This document shows positions 48,201 through 58,377 of a stretch of 64,000 nucleotides of DNA, piece by piece. Origin of the DNA: a virus; the IMG/VR virus record IMGVR_UViG_3300046010_005562. One strand, given 5' to 3'. The position numbers were made by a program, and so were the translations under genes. Below the pieces are notes generated by a model that had not been told where the DNA came from, ran no database searches, and saw only the letters and a list, made by a program, of their open reading frames with translations. How positions within the stretch are numbered: position 1 is the first letter of the stretch; each line of letters starts with the position of its first letter.

Positions 48201-50849
48201 GTTGGAACCTACAGTTGTCCCTCGGCTTTTACCAAAGATAAACCTCAATCCATTAGTATCATTTCTATTAAGAACAGCGGTAAACGGAGTAAGCCCATTA
48301 GAATCATGTTCAATAAAAATATCATTTGATACGACTGTTTGAAAACCATCACCTACAGAGCGTTTAGTTGTTGTCCCACTTAATACAGACCCTGCGTTAG
48401 ATATAATAAAAGGAGAAGAATCAGGATTCGAACTATCTTCAACTACTAATGCATTACCTGAACCTGTTTGTGTGATTCTAAGGGCATCTGAAGATGAAGA
48501 TGTGCTTATAATTAAAGGACCAGAGAATGTTCCTCCAGTTGATGGTATTACATAACTGGTATAATTTACTGCATCTAATACTCTTCTCCAAGATGACCAT
48601 GATCCTGCTCCACTAACATTTGGTGGATTACCGCTTCTTGTATATAAACTACCAGAACTATAGTCTCCCACAATTTGTGTAATAGTGTCACCTGCCCCAT
48701 GCATAACCAACATTTGACCATAATTAACACCTGGTCCGTTTGCAGAAGGAACGTCAAATCGATACATACCAGATATTGTTATGGTATTTAAATCACTGGT
48801 TCCTACAGAACCAACACCTTGCGCTGCATAAGAAGTGTAGTTTGAAGTAGTTAATGCTGTATTAGCTAGATTAAATGCACCTAATGCGTTATTGATTGCG
48901 GTATTAGCTCTAATAAATGCATTAACAGCATCATTTCCAGCAGAGTTTGCTTTGTTAAATGCAGAGTCTGCATCCAGATTAGCATTATTAGCTAGATTAA
49001 ATGCACCTAATGCGTTATTGATTGCGGTATTAGCTCTAATAAATGCATTAACAGCATCATTTCCAGCAGAGTTTGCTTTATTAAATGCAGACTGTGCATA
49101 TAATGTGGAAGTATCAGACAATCCAGTATAATAAGAACCTTGTTGTCCATCTAAAAAATCTGCATCTAACGAAGAACCTGAACCATCATTACCTGAGTGC
49201 CAAATTTTATGCCATGTTGTATTTCCATCTCCATTTGTAGCTCTATAGTAAATACTATTACTATTATAAAAATTACCAGCAAATTGCATCGAGTAATAAT
49301 TACCATCATTACTATGAGTAGAAGTTAATAAATGATACCAACTTGAAGTAGTTTCGGGCCATCCTGTACTAATATTAGCATTAGAAGTTTGCCAAAATCC
49401 AGAATCTATTCTAGTGTATATTATATCTTTAGATGCAGGAACAAATCCAGAACTAGATTGAACTACTCTCCCAGTTAAAGTTCCTCCAGAAAGAGGTAAA
49501 TAGTTAGTTACTGTATTTGCTTTTATATAAGCATTGACTGCATCGTTACCAGCAGAGTTTGCTTTGTTGAATGCACCTAATGCATTATTTAATGCAGTAT
49601 TAGCTTGATTAAATGCTCCTAATGCATTATTTAATGCAGTATTAGCTCTACTGAATGAATTAACAGCATCATTACCAGCAGAATTTGCCTGATTAAATGC
49701 TCCTAGTGCGTTATTTAATGATGTATTAGCTCTACTGAATGAATTAACAGCATCGTTGCCAGCAGAGTTAGCTTTATTGAATGCTCCTAATGCATTATTT
49801 AATGCAGTATTAGCTTGTGTGAATGCTGATAATGAATTGTTAACTCCAATGTTAGCTGTATTATATGTAGTATTAGCTTGTATGAATGCTGATAATGAAT
49901 TGTTAACACCAGTGTTAGCTTGTATGTAAGCATTAACTGCATCATTACCAGCAGAGTTAGCTTTATTAAATGCAGAGTCTGCATCCAGATTAGCATTATT
50001 AGCTAGATTAAATGCACCTAATGCGTTATTGATTGCGGTATTAGCTCTAATAAATGCATTAACAGCATCGTTACCAGCAGAATTAGCTTTATTGAATGAT
50101 CCTAATGCATTATTTAATGCAGTATTAGCTTGTATAAATGCTGATAATGAATTATTAACCCCAATATTAGCTGTATTATATGCAGTATTAGCTTGTATAA
50201 ATGCTGATAATGAATTGTTAACGCCAGTATTAGCTCTAATAAATGAGTTTACAGCATCATTACCAGCAGAATTAGCTTTATTAAATGCTGAGTCTGCATC
50301 CAGATTAGCATTATTAGCAGAATTGAATGCACTTAATGCATTATTTAATGCAGTATTAGCTTGTATGTAAGCATTAACAGCATCATTACCAGCAGAGTTA
50401 GCTTTATTAAATGATCCTAATGCGTTGTTTAGTGCAGTGTTAGCTTGAGCAAATGCAGACTTAGCTATTGGTTCATTATTTGCAGCAGTGAACGCACCTA
50501 ATGCGTTGTTTAGTGCAGTGTTAGCTTGTGTATAAGAATTAACAGCATCATTACCAGCAGAATTAGCTTTATTAAATGCTGATTGTGCATATAATATACC
50601 AGTATTAGCATTTGTGTATGCATTGTTTGCACTATTCCATGCTTTAGGTGCATTATTAGCAACAAAGAATGCAGAATCTGCATCCATATTTGCATTATTA
50701 GCTGCTTCAAATGCAGACTGAATATTTAATGTTAATGTTGAAGTATTAGCTACTACTAAATCCCAAGCATATCCATTCCAACTCCAAGATTTGGAGCCTA
50801 CTATAAATACGTCATTTATTTGTGGATTTATTGGAAAATTTATTGCCAT
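45255..50849 (-). CDS. Long tail fibre with Ala/Asn heptad shaft, knob-like domains and C-terminal intramolecular chaperone (peptidase S74)
   Basis: AFNKANS/AGNDAVN repeats; GNVGIGT motifs; SD...KDNI..GVIAQE..V.YD.L...LI.SIQEL. Confidence 0.88.
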   Translation of the reverse strand: MAINFPINPQINDVFIVGSKSWSWNGYAWDLVVANTSTLTLNIQSAFEAANNANMDADSAFFVANNAPKAWNSANNAYTNANTGILYAQSAFNKANSAGNDAVNSYTQANTALNNALGAFTAANNEPIAKSAFAQANTALNNALGSFNKANSAGNDAVNAYIQANTALNNALSAFNSANNANLDADSAFNKANSAGNDAVNSFIRANTGVNNSLSAFIQANTAYNTANIGVNNSLSAFIQANTALNNALGSFNKANSAGNDAVNAFIRANTAINNALGAFNLANNANLDADSAFNKANSAGNDAVNAYIQANTGVNNSLSAFIQANTTYNTANIGVNNSLSAFTQANTALNNALGAFNKANSAGNDAVNSFSRANTSLNNALGAFNQANSAGNDAVNSFSRANTALNNALGAFNQANTALNNALGAFNKANSAGNDAVNAYIKANTVTNYLPLSGGTLTGRVVQSSSGFVPASKDIIYTRIDSGFWQTSNANISTGWPETTSSWYHLLTSTHSNDGNYYSMQFAGNFYNSNSIYYRATNGDGNTTWHKIWHSGNDGSGSSLDADFLDGQQGSYYTGLSDTSTLYAQSAFNKANSAGNDAVNAFIRANTAINNALGAFNLANNANLDADSAFNKANSAGNDAVNAFIRANTAINNALGAFNLANTALTTSNYTSYAAQGVGSVGTSDLNTITISGMYRFDVPSANGPGVNYGQMLVMHGAGDTITQIVGDYSSGSLYTRSGNPPNVSGAGSWSSWRRVLDAVNYTSYVIPSTGGTFSGPLIISTSSSSDALRITQTGSGNALVVEDSSNPDSSPFIISNAGSVLSGTTTKRSVGDGFQTVVSNDIFIEHDSNGLTPFTAVLNRNDTNGLRFIFGKSRGTTVGSNTIVQNNDSLGELIWAGADGTSLTSVAAKIGAEVDGTPGTNNMPGRLVFRTTANGSSTPTERMRIDSTGNTGIGTTSPSTWGKFAVVGTNSGGAVVAAIVNSSGTANTQSVLSFDTTNNGFNVRDSQIRATNNGSNQTTLEFYTSNAGTPTEKVRINNLGNVGIGTSSPAYKLDVAGTANTGALTVSSLNITGPSANQIFYEGTSGITSFIAAPTQNNTFLNYQTGTGFSWQLANSASVGSANVSAYQTVTNATTGTWYPALYNGTSGNRQVNANNALSFNSATGALSATSFNASGITQSTFTDSSGVSTSNQTLKIGNGTNWLAFQANASGGSYNGITTTGDVALWFSNGSGTSSSTPGNLIIAPWAGFNFGLRLNSAANTVAITGSITSTANITASSGTVTASSFSGAGTGLTGTASSLTAGLATNIVGGDANRIPYQTGTNTTGFITAPTQNNTFLNYTTGGGFSWQLANGASVGSANVSAYQTVTNATTGTYYPALYDGTSGNRQVYANSAFVFNVSTGQMGIGGAPSGSVGRLIVSESITPLGANTGAYIPISTELHSAGSNFVYNTRWRLRKANTSTSWTTQALHDGVWVDASFTIPGSTTKTWWERYPNQGSQSWGDGATTGMTLSSAGALTTTSSVTASSFSGAGTGLTGTASSLNIGGNAGGNATSSRSVGGWDGTSYRSPGFVMGTSGGRTVDLTPNTYSYGLTTEFKSSSTFSSTGNYSGLITYAPWDSTTASTGDPSYQLLFSPSAANSTTNPVLKLRAGINTTWGSWNTILHSGNYSNYIVSTFNKANSAGNDAVNSFIIANTAINNALGAFNKANSGPTLTDDTSTNANRPLVFTSNTNGQAFNSVFINSTELYTNPSTGTLFATIFSSLSDESQKDNISPLQNSSEIVNKMNPVSFNWKKTGKKSYGVIAQEIEKILPDIVHENDGIKSVEYDSLIAFLIKSIQELSEDLNETKSRLLELEKNNINN

Positions 50850-50885
50850 ATCTAATTACTCTTTATTATTTTATATAAATTAAGT

Positions 50886-53800
50886 TCATCTTGCTATTTC
50901 TGTAATGCGTAACCAAATTCCTGATGCTGAATTAGTAATAATAATGCTATCATCAGCAGTATCTCTACGAGCAGCTACTTGAATCTGTTTAGTTGAGGTA
51001 CTTGAGTTTGTATATCTTCCTGTTATTGGGAATAATACACCAGAACGACCACTTGTTCCAGTACCATTATCATTCACCATTTGCCAATTATATGAAATTT
51101 CGGCTCCATCTACTAATAATATTGAGAACCAACTATCATCGGTAGTGCCTTGCGGTTCGTATCTTGATATGTGAACATGAACAACCAAATAACTTGATGA
51201 ACTAACTGGAGTGTAGTTGTATGTGATAAAGTTTACATTTGAACCTGATGGTGCAATTGTAGTAGAAACAACAGTAACCTCACTATTCGATAACATAGTA
51301 TCTTTTATAACTTGACCTGGTGAATATGCTCCTGGAGTTATTGTTCCTTTAGAAGATATATTACCAGCATTACTAATAGTAAAAATATTATTAAGGTAAG
51401 TTGAATCGATTATTTCAAGACCACCTGTAATATTTACACGAATAAATTTATTTGGATTAGTTGCACCACCAGAAATATTTGTAAATTTTAGTACGTCTGC
51501 ATATCCAGCACCACCTAGCGTATTAGCTGCAGTAATGTGTATTGCAGCATTTACTGTTGTTTGTGGAGTGTAATTTATATATAATTGATTATTTAATGTA
51601 GTGATTCCACCAGTAGATGTGACTCCTGTTGGACCAAATTCAGCCCAAACTGGATAAGTAGTATTTCCAAAATTTTCATAAACAACACCAGTATCATTGT
51701 GTATCCAAATATCATGAGAATTAGAAGATGATGGTGCTGTGTTTTGATAAAAAGCATATACTTTTGTATTAGCTTGTCCATATGCAATATTAGCTTGAGC
51801 AAATGCAGACTTAGCTATTGGTTCATTATTAGCAGCATTGAATGATCCTAATGCATTATTTAATGCTGTATTAGCAGAAGAAAATGCTGACTTAGCTATT
51901 GGTTCATTATTAGCAGCATTGAATGCTCCTAATGCATTATTTAATGCTGTATTAGCTCTAGTGAATGAATTAACTGCATCATTACCAGCAGAGTTTGCTT
52001 TATTAAATGCATTTACTGCATCGTTACCAGCAGAGTTAGCTTTACTAAATGCAGACTTAGCTATTGGTTCATTATTAGCAGCAGCAAAAGATGATTGTGC
52101 TATTGATAATACAATATTAGCTTGATTAAATGCTGATTGAGAATATAATGTTCCAGTATTAGCTTGTATATACGCATTGACTGCATCGTTACCAGCAGAA
52201 TTAGCTTTGTTAAACGCTGACTTAGCTATTGGTTCATTATTAGCAGCAATAAATGCACTTAATGAATTATTTAATGCTGTATTAGCTTGTATGTAAGCAT
52301 TGACTGAATCATTACCAGCAGAATTAGCTTTGTTAAATGCATTGACTGCATCGTTACCAGCAGAGTTAGCTTTATTAAATGCTGATAGTGAATTATTAAC
52401 ACCAATATTAGCTGTATTATATACAGTATTAGCTTGTATAAATGCTGATAATGAATTATTTAATGCTGAATTAGCTTGTATGTAGGCATTAACAGAATCA
52501 TTACCAGCAGAGTTAGCTTTATTAAATGCTGATAGTGAATTATTAACACCAATGTTAGCTGTGGTATAAGCTGTATTAGCTTGAATGAATGAACTTAATG
52601 CATTATTTAATGCAGTATTAGCTTGTATATAAGCATTGACTGCATCGTTACCAGCAGAGTTAGCTTTATTAAATGCTGACTTAGCTATTGGTTCATTATT
52701 AGCAGCAATAAACGCACTTAATGAATTATTTAATGCTGTATTTGCTTGAATGAATGAACTTAATGCATTATTTAATGCAGTATTAGCTTGAATATAAGCA
52801 TTAACTGCATCGTTACCAGCAGAGTTAGCTTTATTAAATGCATTAACAGAATCATTACCAGCAGAGTTTGCTTTGTTAAATGCACCTAATGCATTGTTAA
52901 TTGCTGTATTGGCTCTAATATAAGAATTGACAGAATCATTGCCAGCAGAGTTAGCTTTGTTAAATGCACCTAATGCATTATTTAATGCAGTATTGGTTTG
53001 ATTATAAACAGAAGAATTTAATGTAATATAATAATTACTATCAAATCCTCCAAGTAATTCCGAATTTAAATTAGCTATTAAAGTATTTGAGGTTGTATAT
53101 ATTCTTCCAAAATATACAGTATTAGCTTGAAAATCTGCTATTCTAAATGTATTATTGCTAGTATCAATATAAGGAGATGCATCTGGTTCTGGTACATATT
53201 GATCAAATACTTTCCAAATACCGTCAGAAGAATCTCTAAAGAATCCTGTGTGTCTATATATCCCATCATTATAATTCCCTGCAAATCCTAAATCAGGGTT
53301 AGCAACGTTAGATCCACTATTAAGATAAATCATATTATCTTGAACAGCTAAATTATTAGCACTAACTGATGTGACGTTACCAGTAAATGTTACATTTCCA
53401 GTTACTATTAAAGAAGAAGATATAGTTACTGGTCCGGTTATATTACCACCAGAAGAATTAAATTTAGTGTTAGAATTATTAAATGCACCTAACGCATTAT
53501 TTAATGCAGTATTAGCTTGAATGAATGCGTTAACTGCATCATTTCCAGAAGAGTTTGCTTTGTTGAATGCTCCTAATGCATTATTTAATGTTGTATTTGC
53601 TTGAATGAATGCATTAACTGCATCATTACCAACAGAGTTAGCTTTGTTAAATGCTCCTAATGCATTATTTAATGCAGTGTTAGCTTGAGTAAATGCAGAC
53701 TTAGCTATTGGTTCATTATTTGCAGCATTGAATGCCCCTAACGCATTATTTAATGCTGTATTAGCTCTAATGAATGCATTGACTGCATCATTACCAGCAG

Positions 53801-56240
53801 AGTTAGCTTTGTTAAATGCACCTAATGTATTATTAATTGCTGTATTAGCTTGAGCAAATGCAGACTTAGCTATTGGTTCATTATTAGCAGCATTGAATGC
53901 CCCTAACGCATTATTTAATGCTGTATTAGCTTGAGCAAATGCAGACTTAGCTATTGGTTCATTATTAGCAGCATTGAATGCCCCTAACGCATTATTTAAT
54001 GCTGTATTAGCTCTAATAAATGCATTGACTGCATCATTACCAGCAGAATTAGCTTTATTATATGAGTTAACGGCATCATTACCAGCAGAGTTAGCTTTAT
54101 TATATGAGTTAACTGCATCATTACCAGCAGAGTTAGCTTTATTAAAAGCATCTAATGCATTATTTAATGCTGTATTAGCTTGAGCAAATGCAGACTTAGC
54201 TATTGGTTCATTATTAGCAGCATTGAATGCCCCTAATGCATTATTAATTGCAGTATTAGATTGACTAAATGCTGATGATGAATATAAAATTGCTGTATTA
54301 GCTTGAATATAAGCATTTACAGCGTCAATACCAGCAGAATTTGCTTTGTTAAATGCTCCTAGTGCATTATTAATTGCAGTATTAGCTTGTGTGTATGCAT
54401 TGTTGGTAGCATTAAATGCTAAATTAGCTTGATTAAAAGCAGATTTAGCTATTATTTCATTATTGGCAGTATTAAAAGCTGATTGTGCAAAATCTATTGC
54501 TACATTAGCTTGATTAAAAGCAGATTGTGTGTTTATTAAATTTACATTAGAAGATTTGAAAGCTGATTGTGCAAAATCTATTGCTATATTAGCTTGATTA
54601 TAAGCATTTACAGCATCATTACCAGCAGAGTTAGCTTTGTTAAATGCACCTAATGTATTATTAATTGCTGTATTAGCTGTATTATATGCTATATTAGCTT
54701 GAATATAAGCATTGACTGAATCATTACCAGCAGAATTAGCTTTATTAAATGCATTAACAGAATCGTTACTAGAAGAATTAGCTTTATTAAATGCTGATAA
54801 AGAATTATTAACACCAATATTAGCTGTATTATATGCAGTATTAGCTATAATTAAAGCACCTAAAGAATTATTTAATGCTGTATTAGCTTGATTAAAAGCA
54901 GACTTGGCTATTGGTTCATTATTAGCAGCAGCAAATGCTGATTGTGCAAAATTTATTGCTATATTAGCTTGAGTAAATGCTGATGATGAATAAAGAATTC
55001 CAGTATTAGCTGTATTATATACTATATTAGCTTGAGTAAATGCTGATGATGAATAAAGAATTCCAGTATTAGCTGTATTATATGCTATATTAGCTTGAGT
55101 AAATGCTAAATTTGCTTGATTAAAAGCAGACTTGGCTATTGGTTCATTATTAGCAGCAGCAAATGCTGATTGTGTGTATACAATAGCTATATTTGCAGTA
55201 TTATATGCATTAACAGCATCATTACCAACAGAATTAGCTTTATTAAATGCTGATGATGAATAAAGAATCCCAGTATTAGCTTGTATGTAAGCATTAACAG
55301 CATCATTACCAGCAGAGTTAGCTTTATTAAATGCTGCTTGAGAATATTGTATTCCAGTATTAGCTTGTGTGTAAGCATTAACAGCATCATTACCAGCAGA
55401 ATTAGCTTTATTAAATGCTGATGATGAATAAAGAATTCCAACATTAGCTTGAATATAAGCATTAACAGCATCATTACCAACAGAGTTAGCTTTATTAAAT
55501 GCTGCTTGAGCATATAATACAGCAGTATTAGCTTGATTATATGCTATATTAGCTTGGATAAATGCTGGTCCTGAAGTTGCAGAATTATTAGCAGCATTAA
55601 ATGCTGCTTGAGCATATAATGTTCCAGTATTAGCTTGATTATAAGCATTGACTGCATCATTACCAGAAGAGTTAGCTTTATTAAATGCTGCTTGAGTATA
55701 TAATGTTCCAGTATTAGCTTGATTATAAGCATTGAGTGCATCATTACCAGCAGAGTTAGCTTTATTAAATGCATTAACAGAATCATTACCAACAGAGTTT
55801 GCTTTGTTAAAGGCACTTGATGTGTTATTTAATGATATGTTTGCTGTTTTAAATGCAGACTCTGTTATTATTAAATTTGTATTTGTAGTATTAAATGCTG
55901 ATTGTGCGTATAAAATAGCTAGGTTTGCAGTATTATATGCAACATTAGCTTGATTATATGCTGATACCCCTATCCCAGAATTATTAGCAGTGTTAAATGC
56001 TGATTGTGCATATGAAATAGCTATATTAGCTTGATTAAATGCACTATCAGCTTGATAATACGAAATATTAGCTTTATCGTATGATAATATTACTATCCCA
56101 GAATTATACTCTACAGAATTGTTAAGATTGTTAAAATTATTATCAACTTCAGTATCTAGTAGTGGATAATTTTTTACAAAAACATTTGCAGATCTAGGTT
56201 CAGTATTACCTGAACTCCTTCTAAGAGTAATATTAGCCAT
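50886..56240 (-). CDS. Giant Ala/Asn heptad-repeat fibre protein
   Basis: More than 1000 residues of A-x-x-x-A-N-x repeats interrupted by one beta-rich domain; globular C-terminus. Confidence 0.8.
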   Translation of the reverse strand: MANITLRRSSGNTEPRSANVFVKNYPLLDTEVDNNFNNLNNSVEYNSGIVILSYDKANISYYQADSAFNQANIAISYAQSAFNTANNSGIGVSAYNQANVAYNTANLAILYAQSAFNTTNTNLIITESAFKTANISLNNTSSAFNKANSVGNDSVNAFNKANSAGNDALNAYNQANTGTLYTQAAFNKANSSGNDAVNAYNQANTGTLYAQAAFNAANNSATSGPAFIQANIAYNQANTAVLYAQAAFNKANSVGNDAVNAYIQANVGILYSSSAFNKANSAGNDAVNAYTQANTGIQYSQAAFNKANSAGNDAVNAYIQANTGILYSSSAFNKANSVGNDAVNAYNTANIAIVYTQSAFAAANNEPIAKSAFNQANLAFTQANIAYNTANTGILYSSSAFTQANIVYNTANTGILYSSSAFTQANIAINFAQSAFAAANNEPIAKSAFNQANTALNNSLGALIIANTAYNTANIGVNNSLSAFNKANSSSNDSVNAFNKANSAGNDSVNAYIQANIAYNTANTAINNTLGAFNKANSAGNDAVNAYNQANIAIDFAQSAFKSSNVNLINTQSAFNQANVAIDFAQSAFNTANNEIIAKSAFNQANLAFNATNNAYTQANTAINNALGAFNKANSAGIDAVNAYIQANTAILYSSSAFSQSNTAINNALGAFNAANNEPIAKSAFAQANTALNNALDAFNKANSAGNDAVNSYNKANSAGNDAVNSYNKANSAGNDAVNAFIRANTALNNALGAFNAANNEPIAKSAFAQANTALNNALGAFNAANNEPIAKSAFAQANTAINNTLGAFNKANSAGNDAVNAFIRANTALNNALGAFNAANNEPIAKSAFTQANTALNNALGAFNKANSVGNDAVNAFIQANTTLNNALGAFNKANSSGNDAVNAFIQANTALNNALGAFNNSNTKFNSSGGNITGPVTISSSLIVTGNVTFTGNVTSVSANNLAVQDNMIYLNSGSNVANPDLGFAGNYNDGIYRHTGFFRDSSDGIWKVFDQYVPEPDASPYIDTSNNTFRIADFQANTVYFGRIYTTSNTLIANLNSELLGGFDSNYYITLNSSVYNQTNTALNNALGAFNKANSAGNDSVNSYIRANTAINNALGAFNKANSAGNDSVNAFNKANSAGNDAVNAYIQANTALNNALSSFIQANTALNNSLSAFIAANNEPIAKSAFNKANSAGNDAVNAYIQANTALNNALSSFIQANTAYTTANIGVNNSLSAFNKANSAGNDSVNAYIQANSALNNSLSAFIQANTVYNTANIGVNNSLSAFNKANSAGNDAVNAFNKANSAGNDSVNAYIQANTALNNSLSAFIAANNEPIAKSAFNKANSAGNDAVNAYIQANTGTLYSQSAFNQANIVLSIAQSSFAAANNEPIAKSAFSKANSAGNDAVNAFNKANSAGNDAVNSFTRANTALNNALGAFNAANNEPIAKSAFSSANTALNNALGSFNAANNEPIAKSAFAQANIAYGQANTKVYAFYQNTAPSSSNSHDIWIHNDTGVVYENFGNTTYPVWAEFGPTGVTSTGGITTLNNQLYINYTPQTTVNAAIHITAANTLGGAGYADVLKFTNISGGATNPNKFIRVNITGGLEIIDSTYLNNIFTISNAGNISSKGTITPGAYSPGQVIKDTMLSNSEVTVVSTTIAPSGSNVNFITYNYTPVSSSSYLVVHVHISRYEPQGTTDDSWFSILLVDGAEISYNWQMVNDNGTGTSGRSGVLFPITGRYTNSSTSTKQIQVAARRDTADDSIIITNSASGIWLRITEIAR
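51770..56070 (-). repeat. Degenerate 21-bp-unit coding repeat array (also at about 48850-50710 and 45720-45820)
   Basis: Recurrent gcatcattaccagcagagttagctttattaaatgc and gacttagctattggttcattatt blocks. Confidence 0.9.
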
Positions 56241-56244
56241 TTTA

Positions 56245-56691
56245 TTAACTTGCTGTTACATTCCAAGTAATTGTCAATGTATCTCCACTTTCTTTGTTAA
56301 CTACAGGAAATACTGTTCTACAAAGCATTGTTCCACCATTTGCTGTTGCTGAATTGAATATTCCAGCTTCTGTTATAGCTCCAGTTCCACTACCAGGATT
56401 AAATATAGTAACATAAGTTATAGTATTAGATGATACTGTAGTAGAAGTTAATGCAACCCTAGAAATTTCTGCATTTAAAATAATATCAGTATTTGCTGCT
56501 GCCACTGTATTTGTTCCAACAGCAAGATGAGACATTATAGCAGAAGAATTTGAAGTCATTCTATTAGCAATATAAGATTTTCCTGAAAATACTACAAGAT
56601 TAGGATATGTTCCATTTACTTTAAGATTTCCATCTTCATCTGTAAGATGAAGATTAATATTTCCTGACATTTTTATTGATTCTTTGAACAT
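56245..56691 (-). CDS. Conserved phage structural (tail/fibre-associated) protein
   Basis: NLVV..GK..IA.R, TGAITEAGIFN, RTVFPVVNK. Confidence 0.65.
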   Translation of the reverse strand: MFKESIKMSGNINLHLTDEDGNLKVNGTYPNLVVFSGKSYIANRMTSNSSAIMSHLAVGTNTVAAANTDIILNAEISRVALTSTTVSSNTITYVTIFNPGSGTGAITEAGIFNSATANGGTMLCRTVFPVVNKESGDTLTITWNVTAS

Positions 56692-56723
56692 TTAAGTTTC
56701 CTCTAAAATAATATATTTTATAT

Positions 56724-56731
56724 TATTTATA
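56724..56731 (-). promoter_or_regulatory. Late promoter TATAAATA for the fibre operon
   Basis: Exact consensus in intergenic DNA. Confidence 0.7.
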
Positions 56732-56734
56732 TAA

Positions 56735-58360
56735 TTAAAAAGTTGAAATTACGCCAACATAGCGTTCGGCAAAATAGGTATTATTGAATGTATATGTATA
56801 ATGAAACATCTCACCATATTCTTGAAAAGAAAATGCATCAAATTCAGACTTTTCTGGATTTAATGAAATACTTTCAAATATATTAATATTATCATATTTT
56901 ATTTTAGATTGATTTATAGTCTTATTATCAATTATAGAACTAGTATCATAAAGTATTTTTAACTGATTTAATACAGCAACATCTGTTGTTATTATTGTAT
57001 CATATATGAATTTATTAGTGTCTATTTTAGATATATCTGTTATAGAACTAGTATCATATTTTATCTTAAAAGCATCAAATGTTTTGATATCATTTATAAT
57101 GATAGTATCATATTTTATCTTAGAAGCATCAAATGATTTAATATCATTTATAATACTAATATCATACTTTATTTTATTAGGATTTAAAAAAGATGTATCT
57201 GATATAGAACTAATATCATATTTTATCTTATTAGGATTTAAAAAAGATGTATCTGATATAGAACTAATATCATATTTTATCTTAAAAGAATCAAATGTTT
57301 TTCTATCATCTATAACACTACCATCATACTTTATTTTATTAGGATTTAAAAAAGATATATCATTTATAATGCTAGTATCATATTTTGTCTTAAATTGATT
57401 AAATGTAGAGACATCTAAAATTTCAGTATTATCATACTTTATCTTAGAAGCATCAAATATTTTGCTATCATTTATAATACTGGTATCATATTTTATTTTA
57501 GAAGCATCTAATATTTTACTATCATCTGTAATAATAGTATCATACTTTATCTTATTAGGATTTAAAAAAGATATATCATCTATATTAAAATTATCTATAA
57601 ATGGTTTATTATATTTTAAATATACAATATCATCAATTAATGAAGTATCTTTAGGATTTCTATTGAATATAGCTAATAGGGAAAGTGTGTCTGAGAATAC
57701 TATAGTTTCTTTTCTTATTTTATTAGGATTTAATTTTGTAGTATCTGAAGTTTTAAAACTTTCATAAAAAGTTTTTGATAATGTAAAAGTTTGAATATCT
57801 AATATAATAACATTTTCAAATTTCAATAAATCATATGAATTCATATCTGCAATTACATCTACAAATGCAATATATTTTGCAAAAGGAGATCTTTCCAATT
57901 CAGCATAATCAATATATTTACCAGTTGCAGAATATTGTACTTCTGCATATTCTATATATGCTTTATTTGGAATATTATATACGTTTACAACTTCAACATA
58001 ATTTATATCTGGAGAATTTAGTAAATCAACAAATTCTATATATGATTTATTAGGAATATTATATAGATTTACAAGTTCAACATAACTTGTATTTGGAGAA
58101 TTCAATACATCAACAAATTGTATATTTTTTTTAGTTGGGGTATTAGAAGATTTTCCAGTTGCAAGTTTAACTTGACTTGTATTTGGAGAATTTAATACAT
58201 CAGCAAATCCTATAGTTTTTTTAGTTGGCGTATTAGATGATTCCCCAAATACAATATTAACATTACTTGTATTTGAGGAATTTAATACATCAGCAAATTC
58301 TATAGATTTTTTATTTGGAGTATTAGAAGATTTTCCAAATATTATTTGTCTTTTAGAAAT
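56735..58360 (-). CDS. Repeat-rich putative structural protein (541 aa if started at AUU 58360)
   Basis: Frame open from 58372 with no ATG; GAGGA 7 nt before ATT; three 30-aa repeats, 15-aa repeats, and 18-aa KIKYD repeats. Confidence 0.7.
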   Translation of the reverse strand: MSKRQIIFGKSSNTPNKKSIEFADVLNSSNTSNVNIVFGESSNTPTKKTIGFADVLNSPNTSQVKLATGKSSNTPTKKNIQFVDVLNSPNTSYVELVNLYNIPNKSYIEFVDLLNSPDINYVEVVNVYNIPNKAYIEYAEVQYSATGKYIDYAELERSPFAKYIAFVDVIADMNSYDLLKFENVIILDIQTFTLSKTFYESFKTSDTTKLNPNKIRKETIVFSDTLSLLAIFNRNPKDTSLIDDIVYLKYNKPFIDNFNIDDISFLNPNKIKYDTIITDDSKILDASKIKYDTSIINDSKIFDASKIKYDNTEILDVSTFNQFKTKYDTSIINDISFLNPNKIKYDGSVIDDRKTFDSFKIKYDISSISDTSFLNPNKIKYDISSISDTSFLNPNKIKYDISIINDIKSFDASKIKYDTIIINDIKTFDAFKIKYDTSSITDISKIDTNKFIYDTIITTDVAVLNQLKILYDTSSIIDNKTINQSKIKYDNINIFESISLNPEKSEFDAFSFQEYGEMFHYTYTFNNTYFAERYVGVISTF

Positions 58361-58377
58361 TTTAAAATCCTCTTAGA

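Noticed and set aside
45720-58360. CRISPR array
   Set aside because: The repeats are in-frame coding units with synonymous variation and no unique spacers; no cas genes are present.
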